A stretch of 62,729 nt of DNA, filler included, from Ionaspis alba (Eukaryota): NCBI GenBank assembly GCA_964255285.1. It is 5 parts of 5 records of this genome, joined end to end, with 100 filler letters (N's around TTAATTAATTAA, not from the genome) between each part and the next. Parts side by side here need not be neighbours in the genome. Positions count along the whole stretch, not along the records: positions 50,304 to 62,729 come from CAXUUL010000510.1; 4 more parts are not named here. One strand, written 5' to 3'. How positions within the stretch are numbered: the stretch's first letter is position 1; each line of letters starts with the position of its first letter. Under the pieces are notes generated by a model. That model worked only from the letters and a program-made list of their open reading frames with translations, had not been told where the DNA came from and did no database searches. Below are positions 50,304 through 62,396 of this stretch, piece after piece. The translations under genes were made by a program, and so were the position numbers.

Positions 50304-50660
50304 CCGACCCCTACTGCATCAAGATCATTCGAAACATCGTTCCCGTACTGAAAGAAGGATCTACGATTTTGATCCACGATTAGGCTCTACCGCCTCTTGG
50401 TACTGTAAATCGGTACCTCGAAAAGCTCGCACGGTGCGATAATCCTCCATTGTTGTGACGTGGTCGATTTTGTCACTGATGGTAGTAGCTTCACGGACAT
50501 GCAAATGCTCGTAGCGCTCAACTCGAAGGAACGGACAGCAGAAGAGTTTGAAACATTATTCGAAGAGGCCGATCCAAGGCTGAAGCTGGTCAATGTCTAT
50601 TGCTCGGCTGGAAGTCCTCTATCGATCATGGAGGTGAGGCTTGGAGCAGTAGCCCAATAA
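50304..50660 (+). pseudogene. C-terminal part of an OmtA-type O-methyltransferase with an in-frame TAG
   Basis: DPYCIKIIRNIVPVLKEGSTILIHD*ALPPLG..., an intron from 50434 to 50485 or 50488, then FTDMQMLVALNSKERTAEEFETLFEEADPRLKL...SIMEV. TAG at 50381-50383. The 5' part lies outside the scaffold. Confidence 0.7.
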
Positions 50661-51205
50661 CCGTAGTCCAATTCGATTTCTCACCGCGTCTTATGACTGA
50701 TGCTGTCTGCCTGACTCAACCATGGCACAATTGGTTGTGGAGATTGTGTTTCGCTTACCCTGCATGTGAGATGCGGGGTTCTGGCCATGATCTTTCATTA
50801 TGCGATAACAGAATCTCCGGATATTGTGCGCCACCACTCCATCTCGTTTCGCCATCGCATGTCCTTTCTGGATCTTATGGATGCTTTCTCCAATTAATTG
50901 GACAGAGCGCGAAAGAAATGGCTCAGAAGAGGGGCAGCCACAGATCGTGAGTTGAAAGGGGCAAATCTCTTGAATTCCCAATGGAGCGTTTGTAGGACTG
51001 AGTGCTGCTTTCATGATCTCATCGTGCTTCTACTTTGGATTTGAAATGGGTATCTCGGGTGCCTGTGTCTCACTGCATCTTCGATTGACGCTCCCATGTA
51101 AGTTATATTCAGAGGCACTTCCCTGCGTCTTCGTGAGCTGTTCAGCTCTCTCTCGCGAGACTTCGACTACATTCAACACAAAGTCGTCACAAAGTGGATA
51201 GGAAC

Positions 51206-52825
51206 ATGACTTTGCAAGCCATTCTAGGTCAAGACAACTTGACCTTTGGGGCAAGTTTGGGTATTGTCATAGGCTTGGTGAGCTCATGAGCAAATTTAAG
51301 CAGTACCGCCCATGCTGACACACGATATGTCATGATCAGATCGTGTGCTACTACGTTGTGGTATTCATCTACAACATATTCTTCCATCCCCTTTCAAAGT
51401 TTCCGGGACCAAAATGGGCAGCAGCTACCAAAATTCCAATCGCGCGAGTTTCTTGGGCTGGCGATCTTCCTCATTGGAAGAAAGCGCTTCATGAAAGATA
51501 CAACAGCGATGTCGTGCGTGTGTCTCCTGACGAGCTCTCCTTTATTGGCGCAGATTCTTGGAGAGATATCTATAGTTATCGCCAGAATCATCCGAACGCT
51601 CCCAAGGACCTAGTCTTGCACGTCGGTATCGAAAGCCTGATTGTAGCCAACGATGCCGACCACTCGCGGATACGCCGTGTCTTCGCTCATGCCTTCTCGG
51701 ACAAAGCGCTCCGAGAACAAGAACCTCTCATTCGGAATTACATCGATACGCTCATAGACCAACTCCGCAAGCACCCCACAGGAAAGGTTGATCTTGTACA
51801 ACGGTTCAACTGGCTCACCATTGATATCATAAGCGATCTCTCTTTTGGCGAGCCCTTCGACTGTCTCAAGAACAACGAATACCACCCATGGGTCAAGAGA
51901 ATTATGAACGCCATCAAATCCGTGGTCTTCATCAGCGCGACCATGCGCTTCCCTCCGCTCGATCGTCTGTTGTGGATCTTCGCTCCTGCAAGTGTTGTCC
52001 GCAGTCGTGATGAGCACAGGGCCGATATCCGCAGAATCGTCGATCGCCGCCTGAACATGGAAACGGATCGCTCGGATTTCATGTCGTATATCTTGCGCTA
52101 CAACGACGAGAAAGGGTTGACGCGGCAGGAGATCGACATGAATCTTGCAGATATCATAGTCGCTGGCAGCGAGACCTCTGCTGGCTTGCTGTCTGCCGCT
52201 ACATACCTGGTTCTCACCCATCCTGAAGTCCATCGGAAACTCAAAAATGAGGTCCGCGGCACGTGGCGGACGCAGGAGGAAATCACAATACAGAGTACAC
52301 TCGAGCTCCCGTATCTGCAGGCCGTCATTGACGAATCTTTTCGTTACCATTCACCTGCTGAGTCAGGGCAACCACGTCGCCTATTGCCTCAAGGTGAGGT
52401 CATCTGTGGCCACGTGGTGCCAGGCGGGACAGGTGTCACCGTTTTTCAGTACGCGATGTTCCGCTCTGCTACCCATTTCAAAGACCCAGACCTGTTTCTC
52501 CCAGAACGATGGCTGGGGAATGAGAAGTACAAGGACGACCATAGGAGCGTGCTGAATCCCTTCAGTGTTGGTAATAGGAATTGTATTGGCAAGAAGTGAG
52601 ATCTTCCTGATCTATTTAAATTTGATGGCGATAAGAAAAGTAAGGCTAACATGACTGATCAATAGTTTGGCAAATGCGGAGATTAGACTTACGTTGGCAA
52701 GTTTATTTTGGACGTTTGACATGGAGCTTGATGAAGATACAGGCAAGGATTGGTTGCACCAAAAGTCCTGGTTCACTTGGGAAAAGAAGCCACTAATTGT
52801 GAGGGTGACTACGAGGACTGAATAA
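51206..52825 (+). CDS. Cytochrome P450, CYP65-like (Tri11/AvnA type), 3 exons
   Basis: FHPLSKFPGP, AGSETS, ESFR, PERW and heme motif PFSVGNRNCIG. Introns 51278-51339 and 52596-52665. Confidence 0.93.
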
Positions 52826-53122
52826 TAACCAACACAACTGTGAGGCAGTTGAGCTTATAGCTGTGGTATAAAGCGATAGATGGGGGTGTGGTTGTTGCGT
52901 TGTCAGATGTCTGTGGGTTTGTCTTTAACATCACTGTATTGAGTAAGGCATCCGGTTGAGCCAAGTGATTCTTTCTCTCAGGCGTAGAAATGGATACCAT
53001 CGGTTGTGTGCTTGAAGATCAACTGCAGCATCCATGAGGCATACTATGTAACGACAAGGCTGGATAGTGTTAGGGTTATGTCCACAAACATGCCAAGAAA
53101 AATTTTCAGCCTTATGACGTAT

Positions 53123-53155
53123 TTCCAGAAGCTACCAGCAAGTTCTACAAGATCC
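53123..53155. promoter_or_regulatory. Degenerate heat-shock element upstream of HSP104
   Basis: 5-bp-period array TTC-GAA-TAC-GCA-TTC-CAA-TCC, about 250 bp upstream of the ATG. Confidence 0.55.
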
Positions 53156-53387
53156 GTGTTGGCCCTCGAACACCCCACATTCTTCAAGTGCTTGCCAACG
53201 CAGCACATTTTGCCTTAAAGGGAAACACCATAAGAACAGCGATCTACTGTTTCACCTTATAGTCGACCCCACAAAGTCCTCTTCTGTATAGCGTTTCAGC
53301 AGGCACCTAATTTGTGAGGCTTTGATATCAACAACAACCTTCCTCCACGTATTACAGACATTCCTTTCTAATTCTACAGAAAGCAAG

Positions 53388-56195
53388 ATGAACGCCGGTG
53401 GAATGCAGTTTACGGATCGGGCGTCTAAAGCCCTCAAAGATGCCCACGATCTTGCGGAACAATACTCTCACTCCCAACTCCTGCCCCTCCACCTCGCCAT
53501 CTCCCTACTCGATCCCCCAGCCGACGAATCCAAAGACCAGCAAACGACGGTCAATGCTTCGCATAGCAGCGGCTCTGCGCCACTATTCCGCCAAGTGGTT
53601 GAGCGAGCTCACGGCGACCCCCAGCTCCTCGACCGCGCAATGAAGAAGGCTGTCGTACGATTGCCCAGTCAAGACCCGCCACCGGAGCATGTTTCTATGT
53701 CACCTCAGTTCTCAAAAGTGTTACGGTCCGCGAGCGAGTTGCAGAAGACGCAGAAAGACAGCTTTGTGGCCATCGATCACTTGATCACGGCTTTGGCACA
53801 AGATTCCTCGATACAGCGGTGTTTGGCGGATGCGAATATACCCAATACGAAACTTATCGACAGCGCGATACAGCAGATACGGGGCACGAAGAGAGTGGAT
53901 TCGAAAACAGCGGATGCGGAGGAAGAGAACGAGAACCTGAAAAAATTTACAATCGACATGACTGCTTTGGCGAGAGAGGGCAAGATCGATCCGGTTATTG
54001 GTCGTGAAGAAGAAATTCGACGAGTCATACGGATTCTGTCGAGGCGAACCAAGAACAACCCTGTTCTGATCGGAGAGCCGGGCGTGGGGAAAACAACAGT
54101 TGTTGAGGGACTGGCGTCACGGATCGTCAATGCGGATGTGCCTGCCAATCTTGCTGCTTGTAAGCTTCTTTCTCTTGATGTTGGCTCATTAGTGGCTGGA
54201 AGCAAATATCGTGGAGAGTTCGAAGAGCGAATGAAGGGTGTGCTCAAGGAGATCGAGGACTCGAAGGAGATGATTGTTCTCTTCGTTGATGAGATACATC
54301 TACTCATGGGTGCCGGATCTAGCGGAGATGGTGGCATGGACGCGGCGAACCTTCTCAAGCCTATGCTTGCGAGAGGACAGTTGCACTGTATCGGCGCTAC
54401 AACTTTGGCAGAGTACCGGAAGTATATTGAAAAGGATGCAGCATTTGAGCGGAGGTTTCAACAGGTGCTTGTCAAAGAGCCTACGATCCCGGAAACAGTT
54501 TCCATTCTACGTGGTCTAAAAGAGAAGTATGAGGTACATCACGGCGTCAATATTCTGGACGGCGCTATCGTTGCTGCAGCATCACTCGCTGCTCGCTACC
54601 TTACAGCTCGACGATTACCGGATTCAGCTGTCGATCTCATCGATGAGGCAGCTGCAGCAGTGCGAGTCACTCGAGAATCACAGCCCGAGGCCCTTGACAC
54701 TATGGAACGGAAATTGCGACAATTACAGATCGAAATCCACGCTTTGGAGCGAGAAAAGGACGACGCAGCTCGAGCTCGTCTTGCTCAAGCACAGGCCGAA
54801 GCCGCCAATGTCCAAGAGGAGCTTCAACCCATGCGAGAAAAGTACGAAACGGAAAAACAGCGGAGCAAGGATATCCAAGAACAGAAGCAGAGGCTTGATG
54901 CTCTGAAAGTGAAGCAGGAGGAGGCTGAGCGAAACAAAGATATTGCTACGGCTTCCGATATCAAATTCTACGCCATCCCAGATGTTAAAGCGCGGATCGA
55001 TCAGCTCGAGAAAGATCGTGCAAAAGCAGACGCCGACCTCTACGCTCGCAGGGGTTCAGATGCTGCTGATGCTGGCGCGGCAATGATGGCTGACTCCGTT
55101 GGTCCTGAACAGATCAATGAGATTGTGTCACGCTGGACCGGCATCCCTGTCACGCGTCTGCGTGCTTCGGAAAAGGACAAACTGCTGCAGATGGAGAAAC
55201 GTCTCGGACATATTGTTGTTGGCCAGAAAGAAGCCGTCGCCTCTGTCTCCAACGCCATTCGTCTTCAGCGATCTGGCCTTAGCAACCCTAATCAACCGCC
55301 CAGCTTCCTCTTCTGCGGTCCGTCGGGTACCGGTAAAACGCTTCTCACGAAAGCCCTGGCCGAGTTCCTCTTTGATGATGCTAAAGCTATGATCCGCTTC
55401 GACATGTCTGAGTACCAAGAACGTCACTCCCTCAGCCGCATGATAGGCGCGCCTCCCGGCTACGTTGGACATGACGCAGGTGGTCAACTCACGGAATCCC
55501 TTCGGCGACGTCCCTTCTCCATCCTCCTCTTCGACGAAGTTGAGAAGGCCGCGAAGGAAGTTTTGACTGTGCTCCTACAGCTCATGGACGATGGGCGCAT
55601 CACTGACGGCCAAGGACGTATCGTCGATGCCAGCAATTGCATTGTCGTCATGACATCCAATTTGGGCGCTGAGTTCCTAGCCCGGCAAAATGCACCCGAT
55701 GGTCGTATCGATCCTACGACCAAGGAACTGGTCATGAATGCACTCAGGAATTATTTCTTGCCCGAATTCTTGAACCGCATTTCCAGCATCGTCATCTTCA
55801 ATCGGCTTACACGTCGTGAAATCCGGAAAATCGTCGATGTGCGTCTTGAGGAAATTCAAAAGCGTCTCGCTGCCAATGATCGCAAAGTCCAGATTTTCTG
55901 TACGGATGAGGTCAAAGATTATCTCGGTAGTGCGGGATACTCGCCAGCTTATGGTGCGAGGCCGCTAGCGAGGCTGATTGAGAAGGAGGTATTGAACCGG
56001 CTTGCGGTGTTGATACTAAGAGGAGCGGTCAGAGATGGGGAAGTGGCGAGGGTGGTGCTTGAGGATGGGAGGATTGTGGTGTTGCCGAATCACGGGGATG
56101 GCGAAGATGAGAGCGATGAGGATATGGTTGATGAAGAGGATGCGGTTGCGGAATTAGAGGATGGGGCAGGTGGAGGCATGGATCTTTATGAGTGA
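53388..56195 (+). CDS. HSP104: Hsp104/ClpB disaggregase (hsp98), intronless
   Basis: Two AAA+ modules (GEPGVGKT, GPSGTGKT), KYRGEFEER, IGAPPGYVG and YGARPL. Confidence 0.98.
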   Translation: MNAGGMQFTDRASKALKDAHDLAEQYSHSQLLPLHLAISLLDPPADESKDQQTTVNASHSSGSAPLFRQVVERAHGDPQLLDRAMKKAVVRLPSQDPPPEHVSMSPQFSKVLRSASELQKTQKDSFVAIDHLITALAQDSSIQRCLADANIPNTKLIDSAIQQIRGTKRVDSKTADAEEENENLKKFTIDMTALAREGKIDPVIGREEEIRRVIRILSRRTKNNPVLIGEPGVGKTTVVEGLASRIVNADVPANLAACKLLSLDVGSLVAGSKYRGEFEERMKGVLKEIEDSKEMIVLFVDEIHLLMGAGSSGDGGMDAANLLKPMLARGQLHCIGATTLAEYRKYIEKDAAFERRFQQVLVKEPTIPETVSILRGLKEKYEVHHGVNILDGAIVAAASLAARYLTARRLPDSAVDLIDEAAAAVRVTRESQPEALDTMERKLRQLQIEIHALEREKDDAARARLAQAQAEAANVQEELQPMREKYETEKQRSKDIQEQKQRLDALKVKQEEAERNKDIATASDIKFYAIPDVKARIDQLEKDRAKADADLYARRGSDAADAGAAMMADSVGPEQINEIVSRWTGIPVTRLRASEKDKLLQMEKRLGHIVVGQKEAVASVSNAIRLQRSGLSNPNQPPSFLFCGPSGTGKTLLTKALAEFLFDDAKAMIRFDMSEYQERHSLSRMIGAPPGYVGHDAGGQLTESLRRRPFSILLFDEVEKAAKEVLTVLLQLMDDGRITDGQGRIVDASNCIVVMTSNLGAEFLARQNAPDGRIDPTTKELVMNALRNYFLPEFLNRISSIVIFNRLTRREIRKIVDVRLEEIQKRLAANDRKVQIFCTDEVKDYLGSAGYSPAYGARPLARLIEKEVLNRLAVLILRGAVRDGEVARVVLEDGRIVVLPNHGDGEDESDEDMVDEEDAVAELEDGAGGGMDLYE

Positions 56196-56840
56196 GGGTG
56201 ACGAGCGGATATGGCGACTAGGTGAGGGAGATGATTGATGATTGAACGGTTTACGATGATTATGTTGAGCATTGGCAAGATGGCATTACGGGGGATCTGA
56301 TATCAGTGGATCGCTACGTCTTGTGGAATAGAATTAAATGCTATATAGCTCTAAAAAGCCTGCTCATATACAACGAATATCAGTGCTTTCTTTTCTCCAT
56401 TATCGAAGCCATCATGCTTCGCAGTAAGCCAACCTGATCACTTCCCTAGCCATGTTGGCTTGAGATGTACTTTGAGTGCCGCGCCATGTACATTCTCCGC
56501 ATTTTAGGTAGAACGTTTCAACTTATAAGAAGATCAAAATGTTAGAAGGATCTGTTGGTAGCGAGAGTTGGACAGACTCGTGCGGTGGTAGAAGATGAGA
56601 CATTCCCGCAATCCTTCAGCAATAGGGGCAAGAGGATTCACTGTCCGGCTCTCCTGCGGCTGTGCTGTTTCTAGATGCTTGTACACCGTGGATTACACGA
56701 TGTAACCTTAACCAACAGCAAAAGTCCCTTCCATAGATTGCCTCTTGAGACTGCGAATATATTACCCATATCTACGATAGACTAGAATATGCAACTCTTC
56801 TTCAAGACTCCACATGTAGTAGTCAATCAATGACAAGAAA

Positions 56841-56972
56841 CCTCAGAGGTGAAGGTCAGACCATCAGAAATTCCACCGGCGAGGGCCCTGAAGGAACACT
56901 CGACAGCTCTTGCCGCCACAGTGTGCAGTGTAGGACTCGAATCATAGCAAGACTGTCTTCTTCATCACGGGC
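56841..56972 (-). ncRNA. Candidate box C/D snoRNA in a probably spliced non-coding transcript divergent from PUS7
   Basis: On the - strand: gcc-c-GTGATGA (56968-56962) ... CTGA-ggt (56846-56843), two internal CTGA, and an upstream GT-AG intron-like segment 57103-56986 with no meaningful ORF. Confidence 0.45.
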
Positions 56973-57503
56973 GCCTCAATAAGGTCTGTGAAATGTATTA
57001 GCCACTGGGTCAGCAGTAGGGTGGGATAGGACAAAGCGCACAGGTCGGGCAACATTGGAGGACTGACACAGAAGTTCATGGCTGGGTATGTGGAAATGGT
57101 TTACCTTGGCTGCAGATAGTGGGAAAGTGGCATGCGGCTTGTAAAAAACATCGACAAACCTGAACCGTAGTTGAGCCGACCAAAAGCCTGGGAATATTTG
57201 GCGACCTCCAGGTGCTCAAAAGTGTTGTCTTCTACGTACTTTCTAGCACAAGTTCTTTTGGTTTGCCAACTATTTTGCAAACCTTTTGAGTGGTCAAAGC
57301 CGGGCATAGGGAACATCATCAGATTTTGGCAAAAAAATCATTTGGCGGCGCAGTTCTTTATAGGACCAAAAACTGGTGGAAGACTCGACTCTTGGACTAT
57401 AGAATCGTGACTGTCTCACTTACTTGGTTCTAATTCTTGATCTACCTGATAGCAATTGTCCATTTTCCGTAAAAGACTCATATTGAGCATAACATCTGCA
57501 ATC

Positions 57504-60347
57504 ATGGATGACCAAGACATGCCATCATCGCCTAGAAAGAAGCTCAAAATGGAGTCTACATCACTTGACGGAACTCTTGAATCATCTGCTACAACAGTCA
57601 AACCAATATCCGCAACGGAGCTTTCAAAATCTGCAACAGGATTTCCGAGCCTTAGTAGCTCGACGTCAACAGAACAGCCACCTAGCCTCAATGCTACAGA
57701 TACAATGCCACCTTCCCAGTCCAATGTCCACAACATACAAATCTACAAGGAAGAAGACGTAGGCATCACAGAATTTGTCAGTCCTGATCTTCCTGGTTTT
57801 ACCGGCATTCTCAAAAAGAGGTTCGTCTCCAATGGAAGTTCTTATCCACGGCCCTAATGGTACCATTCCAGGTACACCGATTTTCTTGTCAATGAGATTC
57901 TTCCCAACGGTCAGGTGGTCCATCTCGATAGTACCAAGGCACCAAAAGTCCAAGACAAGACGGAGCCGAAAACTGAGACCACAGATACTAGTACGGAACT
58001 TGCAAATGGATCTTCGAGCACTACTCTGCCTGTCGTCCGTACCAGAGCCAAGCAAGAAGAGGAGGACGGCATAGAGGAGCTGAAGGATCAAGAACACAAT
58101 GCTAATATATCAGATCCTTCTCCGAGTGAAGCGGTGAAACCAGAGAATATGTCAGGCACTTCCAATGGACTGGAGCCAATCAAGAAGGAAAACATCCCCC
58201 CTCATCTTGCTAACTCCATTGAGGTCAAGCAAGAACAGGCTATCTCGACCCCTGCAGAATGTCAACTAGTAGATGTGCAACTTGCACCGTCAATTCCTAC
58301 TCCAACTGGGGACCTGATCGGGCGATCGACACAGGAAGAAGAGCCCATCAAGTCTGAATCTGTGGGTTCAGTATCTCAATGGCAGTCATATGCTGCCAAA
58401 CCTCCCAACTTTCAGGTGAGCACCTTATCCCAGATCAGTAGGGAGTATGCTAAGCAATGGCAGCTCACCTCCGAAGATGACGCTCTTATGAGCTCTTTCT
58501 TTCCACCAGAGACGGTCAGGGACATTCTCTCACTCTTCAATCGCGTCATCAATAGTCCTCATAGAAACACCAAGGAGTATGGCGCCGTCAAGTCAGGAGA
58601 AATCACGGACCGTGAGCTACGGACGAAGATCCATCAAGCTATACGTCGCATCTTTTCCTCCCGTCTCGAATCCTATACTGATGACAACGGTGCTATGATT
58701 ATCTCGGCTGCCGCTGGAAAAAGCAAATGGGGAACGAAGGCTGGTGGTGGACGCAACCCTGGAGGGCGGAACGATGGTGGACGCTCGAGTCATGGAAAAG
58801 GAAAGCTCGGGTGGATGGAGCTAGGAGGGGAGTACCTTCACTTCACACTCTACAAGGAGAACAAGGATACCATGGAGGTTGTATCTTACCTTGCTCGATC
58901 CCTCAAGGTCAAACCACAATCATTTCAATTTGCAGGGACAAAAGACCGCAGAGGAGTGACAGTCCAGCGAGTGAGTGTATATCGCTTGTTCGCCGATCGA
59001 ATGATCTCGGTTGGTAGAACTCTGCGCAATGCGAAAATAGGCAACTTCGAATATCAACCTCACGGACTGGAGCTTGGAGAATTGACAGGAAACGAATTCG
59101 TCATCACTCTTCGAGACTGCCAGTTTGAGAATGTTACATCTGAAGATATCGGGGCCAAAGTAGATGCTGCTTCAAAGATTGTTCAGTCAGCATCTAAAGA
59201 ACTCCGCGAGCGTGGGTATCTCAACTACTATGGCCTCCAAAGGTTTGGTACATTCTCTACGCGAACAGATACTGTCGGTGTCAGGATGTTAAAGGGTGAC
59301 TTCAAAGGTGCTGTTGAAGCCGTCCTCGACTTCAATCCTGCAAGCCTTGCTGCCGCTCAAGATCCGTTATCTGGTCAGGACATGGTCTCATCTGACGACA
59401 AGGCTCGTGCCTATGCTATCAATGCCTTCAAGACCTCTGGAAAAAGTCATTCTGCACTGGAAACTTTACCAAGGAAGTTTTCGGCCGAATCGAACATCAT
59501 TCGCCATCTGGGCAATTCTTCCAATGACTATCTTGGAGCTCTTCAAACAATTCCTCGGAATCTCCGTCTCATGTACGTACATGCTTACCAGTCATTGATC
59601 TGGAACCTGGTGGCGAGCCAGCGATGGAGGGAGTATGGGGCTCAAGTCCTCGTCGGAGATCTTGTTCTGATTGATGAGCACAAAGACAAGGCCGTCAGGG
59701 CTGAGGAGTCAGAAAGGGTTGATGCAGATGGAGAGATCATTGTGCAGCCAGCCCCAGGCGATAGCGCAGCCAGCGCTGACGACCGGTTTTCTCGTGCCCG
59801 TGCCCTGACCCAGGACGAGATAGATACCGGGAAGTACACTATCTTCGATGTAGTCCTCCCTACGCCTGGATATGATATCCTATATCCTACATATATTGTC
59901 CAGACGTATGAAACGGTCATGGCCAGTCCAGTGGGTGGCGGACTCAACCCGCATGATATGCGCCGACCGTGGAAGGATATCAGCCTTAGCGGCAGCTATC
60001 GCAAACTACTTTCGAAGCCGATCGGGGACATCACCTTTGAGGTGAAGGCGTACAGCGACGACAACGAACAATTTGTGGAAACAGATCTTGACAGGATGAA
60101 GAAGCGGAGCCAGGACCATCAGCAGAAGGAAGCTATGGAACCTGTTGCTGATGCCATGGAAGCAAAAGATCATTTGGAACCTACAGATCTTGAGAGGGAG
60201 CAGGGTACAGAGCTTTCACAGCAGAAAATTGTGGTGATCTTAAAGCTCCAGCTTGGATCAAGCCAATACGCTACAATGGCTTTAAGGGAGCTCATGAAGC
60301 GTGGAGGAGTCAAGACCTACAAGCCAGACTTTGGTGGCGGAAGGTAG
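57504..60347 (+). CDS. PUS7: TruD-family pseudouridine synthase Pus7
   Basis: GFTGILKKRYTDFLVNE (intron 57821-57871), LYKENKDT, FAGTKDRRGVT, GNEFVITLR, NYYGLQRFG and YATMALRE. Probable 48-nt intron 58416-58463. Confidence 0.96.
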
Positions 60348-60959
60348 TTGGTGGTTGCTGCTCTTTGGAATATGCTTCATGTTGCGAGCAATACCATAGC
60401 TCGGTAGGTGCAATATCGTCTAGCTCTATAAGTACTCTTGTTACAATGCATGAAGCAGCCACTTTATAGAGTGAATACTTCTTTTTTTAGACTACATGAA
60501 AATATCTACTCTTGGAGGACTTGCCCATTATCAGAACCAGACCTCGCGTCGTTTACAAGGTTTCCTGACACTTAAACATGCTGAGACTTCATGGAATAGC
60601 TTTGATGCTAGAGGGAGGTCTACGGCCCAGCTGCCTCTGTCATGTGTTGTCAACAACTTTCGATCGTCTAATGATACATAGTGTTTATAGGAAACCTCGT
60701 TTATATATATTATTGTTATATCCAACAAAATGGTTCAGTGCGAATGAAGTAGTGCCAAAAAAATGCTCTGTTTGGATTTCCTTCAAAATTTCCCCCTTCT
60801 TATCAACAACCATACTATGACCGTCGTCGTTTTCGACCGTGCAGTTCCTTTATTAAGTCATCATCACTACTCCATAGAACACTCCATGTCTTCGAACGAC
60901 AACAAGATATCCATTATCTGTCGTCTTTGATACTAAGCAAATGACGGGTTTGGAGGACC

Positions 60960-62396
60960 ATGTCTCCTGTCTAAATATACAAGCTGCTCACAGTCCCAGG
61001 TCGTCAGCTCAAGCGTGGGTTTCAGGTGCTCCTCTCCACCAGTAAGTTAATCATATATCTTGCCTTAGGATCATGGCAATCCAATAGAAAGAATCCCCAA
61101 GAAATCACACCTCTCACGTTCCTGTCGAGTTTCAGTCCTGTACGATCGGACTTGACACCTAAAAAGCTACTGCAGCCTTTGATACTTGGAAAATATATTC
61201 CAAGACGCCCGAATACTGTTGGCTCCGAAAGGGATTTACATCATATCAACCAACAAAATAGGGACATTTCTACAATCTCGTACTATTTTCAGGTCCGTAA
61301 CAACAATAATCATTTAGAAATTATATCCACCCGCTATTCTAGAAACCACAATCATAGTGTAAAAACTTCTTACCCAGCTTACTTTTTCTTCCAAAATTTA
61401 CGTGATCATTCACAACGTGTGCATGATTATAGTTATAAATCTACAACCGAACTCCCAAAAGTACACCGTAATACGGTCGGCAAAATCTACGCAAGGGACA
61501 CATCATTTTTATTAGCGTTTGCAGAAACCGTGCATTTTCTTGACGCTTAATTTTGCTCTTTGCCCCACCAAATTTATATAGTAATTTAAGTAATTTCAAA
61601 TACTATCTCAACAACGTATTATTTCTCACGGTTTTTTTTCACCGATTAATTTTTGGATTTATATTAATCTAGATTTTGTTAAAATTTTTAAATATTTCGA
61701 TTTTTTTTTTTTTCATAAAGTTTCTCATTTTACTATAAAAATTATATAAAACGATTTATTGAAAGTTTGCGATTAATATATAAAAAATAATTCGTAAAAA
61801 TATTTTGTAATTGTAGTAATATTCGAATTTGCTCAAATTATTATACAAATTTGGTGGGGCAAAAAACAAAGTTGAACGTCAAGAAAATGCACGGTTTCTG
61901 CAAACGCTAATAGACGAAATAGAACTTGACTTCCTCAACAATCACCCACTTAGTCTACTTATCACGATGGACTCTTCTAAACCATTTACGATAGACTCCT
62001 CTAAGCCCAGCTTGTCTAATAAATCCTTTTTTAGCGAGGAGGATCCTCGACCTAATCCTCTATCGATTTTGTCCTTAGTTTCTTTCATTTTCGGCGACAG
62101 AGCAAAATCCGTGGACCTTTCTTTATACGAATAGCTTATGGACCAACATCAGATATACTATGATAAGCAGCACGACGGGGAGGGCGCTCATATATTGCCT
62201 GCCAACACTCTTCATTATGGCAATACCTCTGGAATAGAATAGAACAATCCACAGATTTTGCAGTACCTGTCCACAAGCTTGATCGTGAGCACCGTATAGA
62301 TACTCTTCTTACCTTCCAGGTATTCTGGAAGAGAGATTCAAGATGGCCTCATTGGGAAAGAGCCGAGACGCGTTGTGGTGGTTGATAATATGTGAG
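60960..62396 (+). pseudogene. Degraded unknown gene interrupted by a MITE and several TAA/TAG stops
   Basis: ATG at 60960, TAA at 60972, frame open to 61511. It resumes in the same frame at 61913 after MITE removal and runs to TAG 62132-34, with further TAGs downstream. No recognisable family. Confidence 0.4.
61512..61910. mobile_element. 399-bp AT-rich MITE with ~95-bp TIRs and TA duplication
   Basis: Ends TTAGCGTTTGCAGAAACCGTGCATTTTCTTGACG are perfect for 34 bp and similar to about 94 bp. TA at 61510-11 and 61911-12. Confidence 0.92.

Noticed and set aside
53070..53078. TAACCCTAA on the - strand as a telomerase RNA template
   Set aside because: It lies in a ~560-bp gap between the P450 and HSP104 with no room for a TER; more likely chance or a telobox site.
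56750..56760. TATTCGCAGT on the - strand resembling U14 domain A
   Set aside because: No adjacent box C and no domain B followed by box D.
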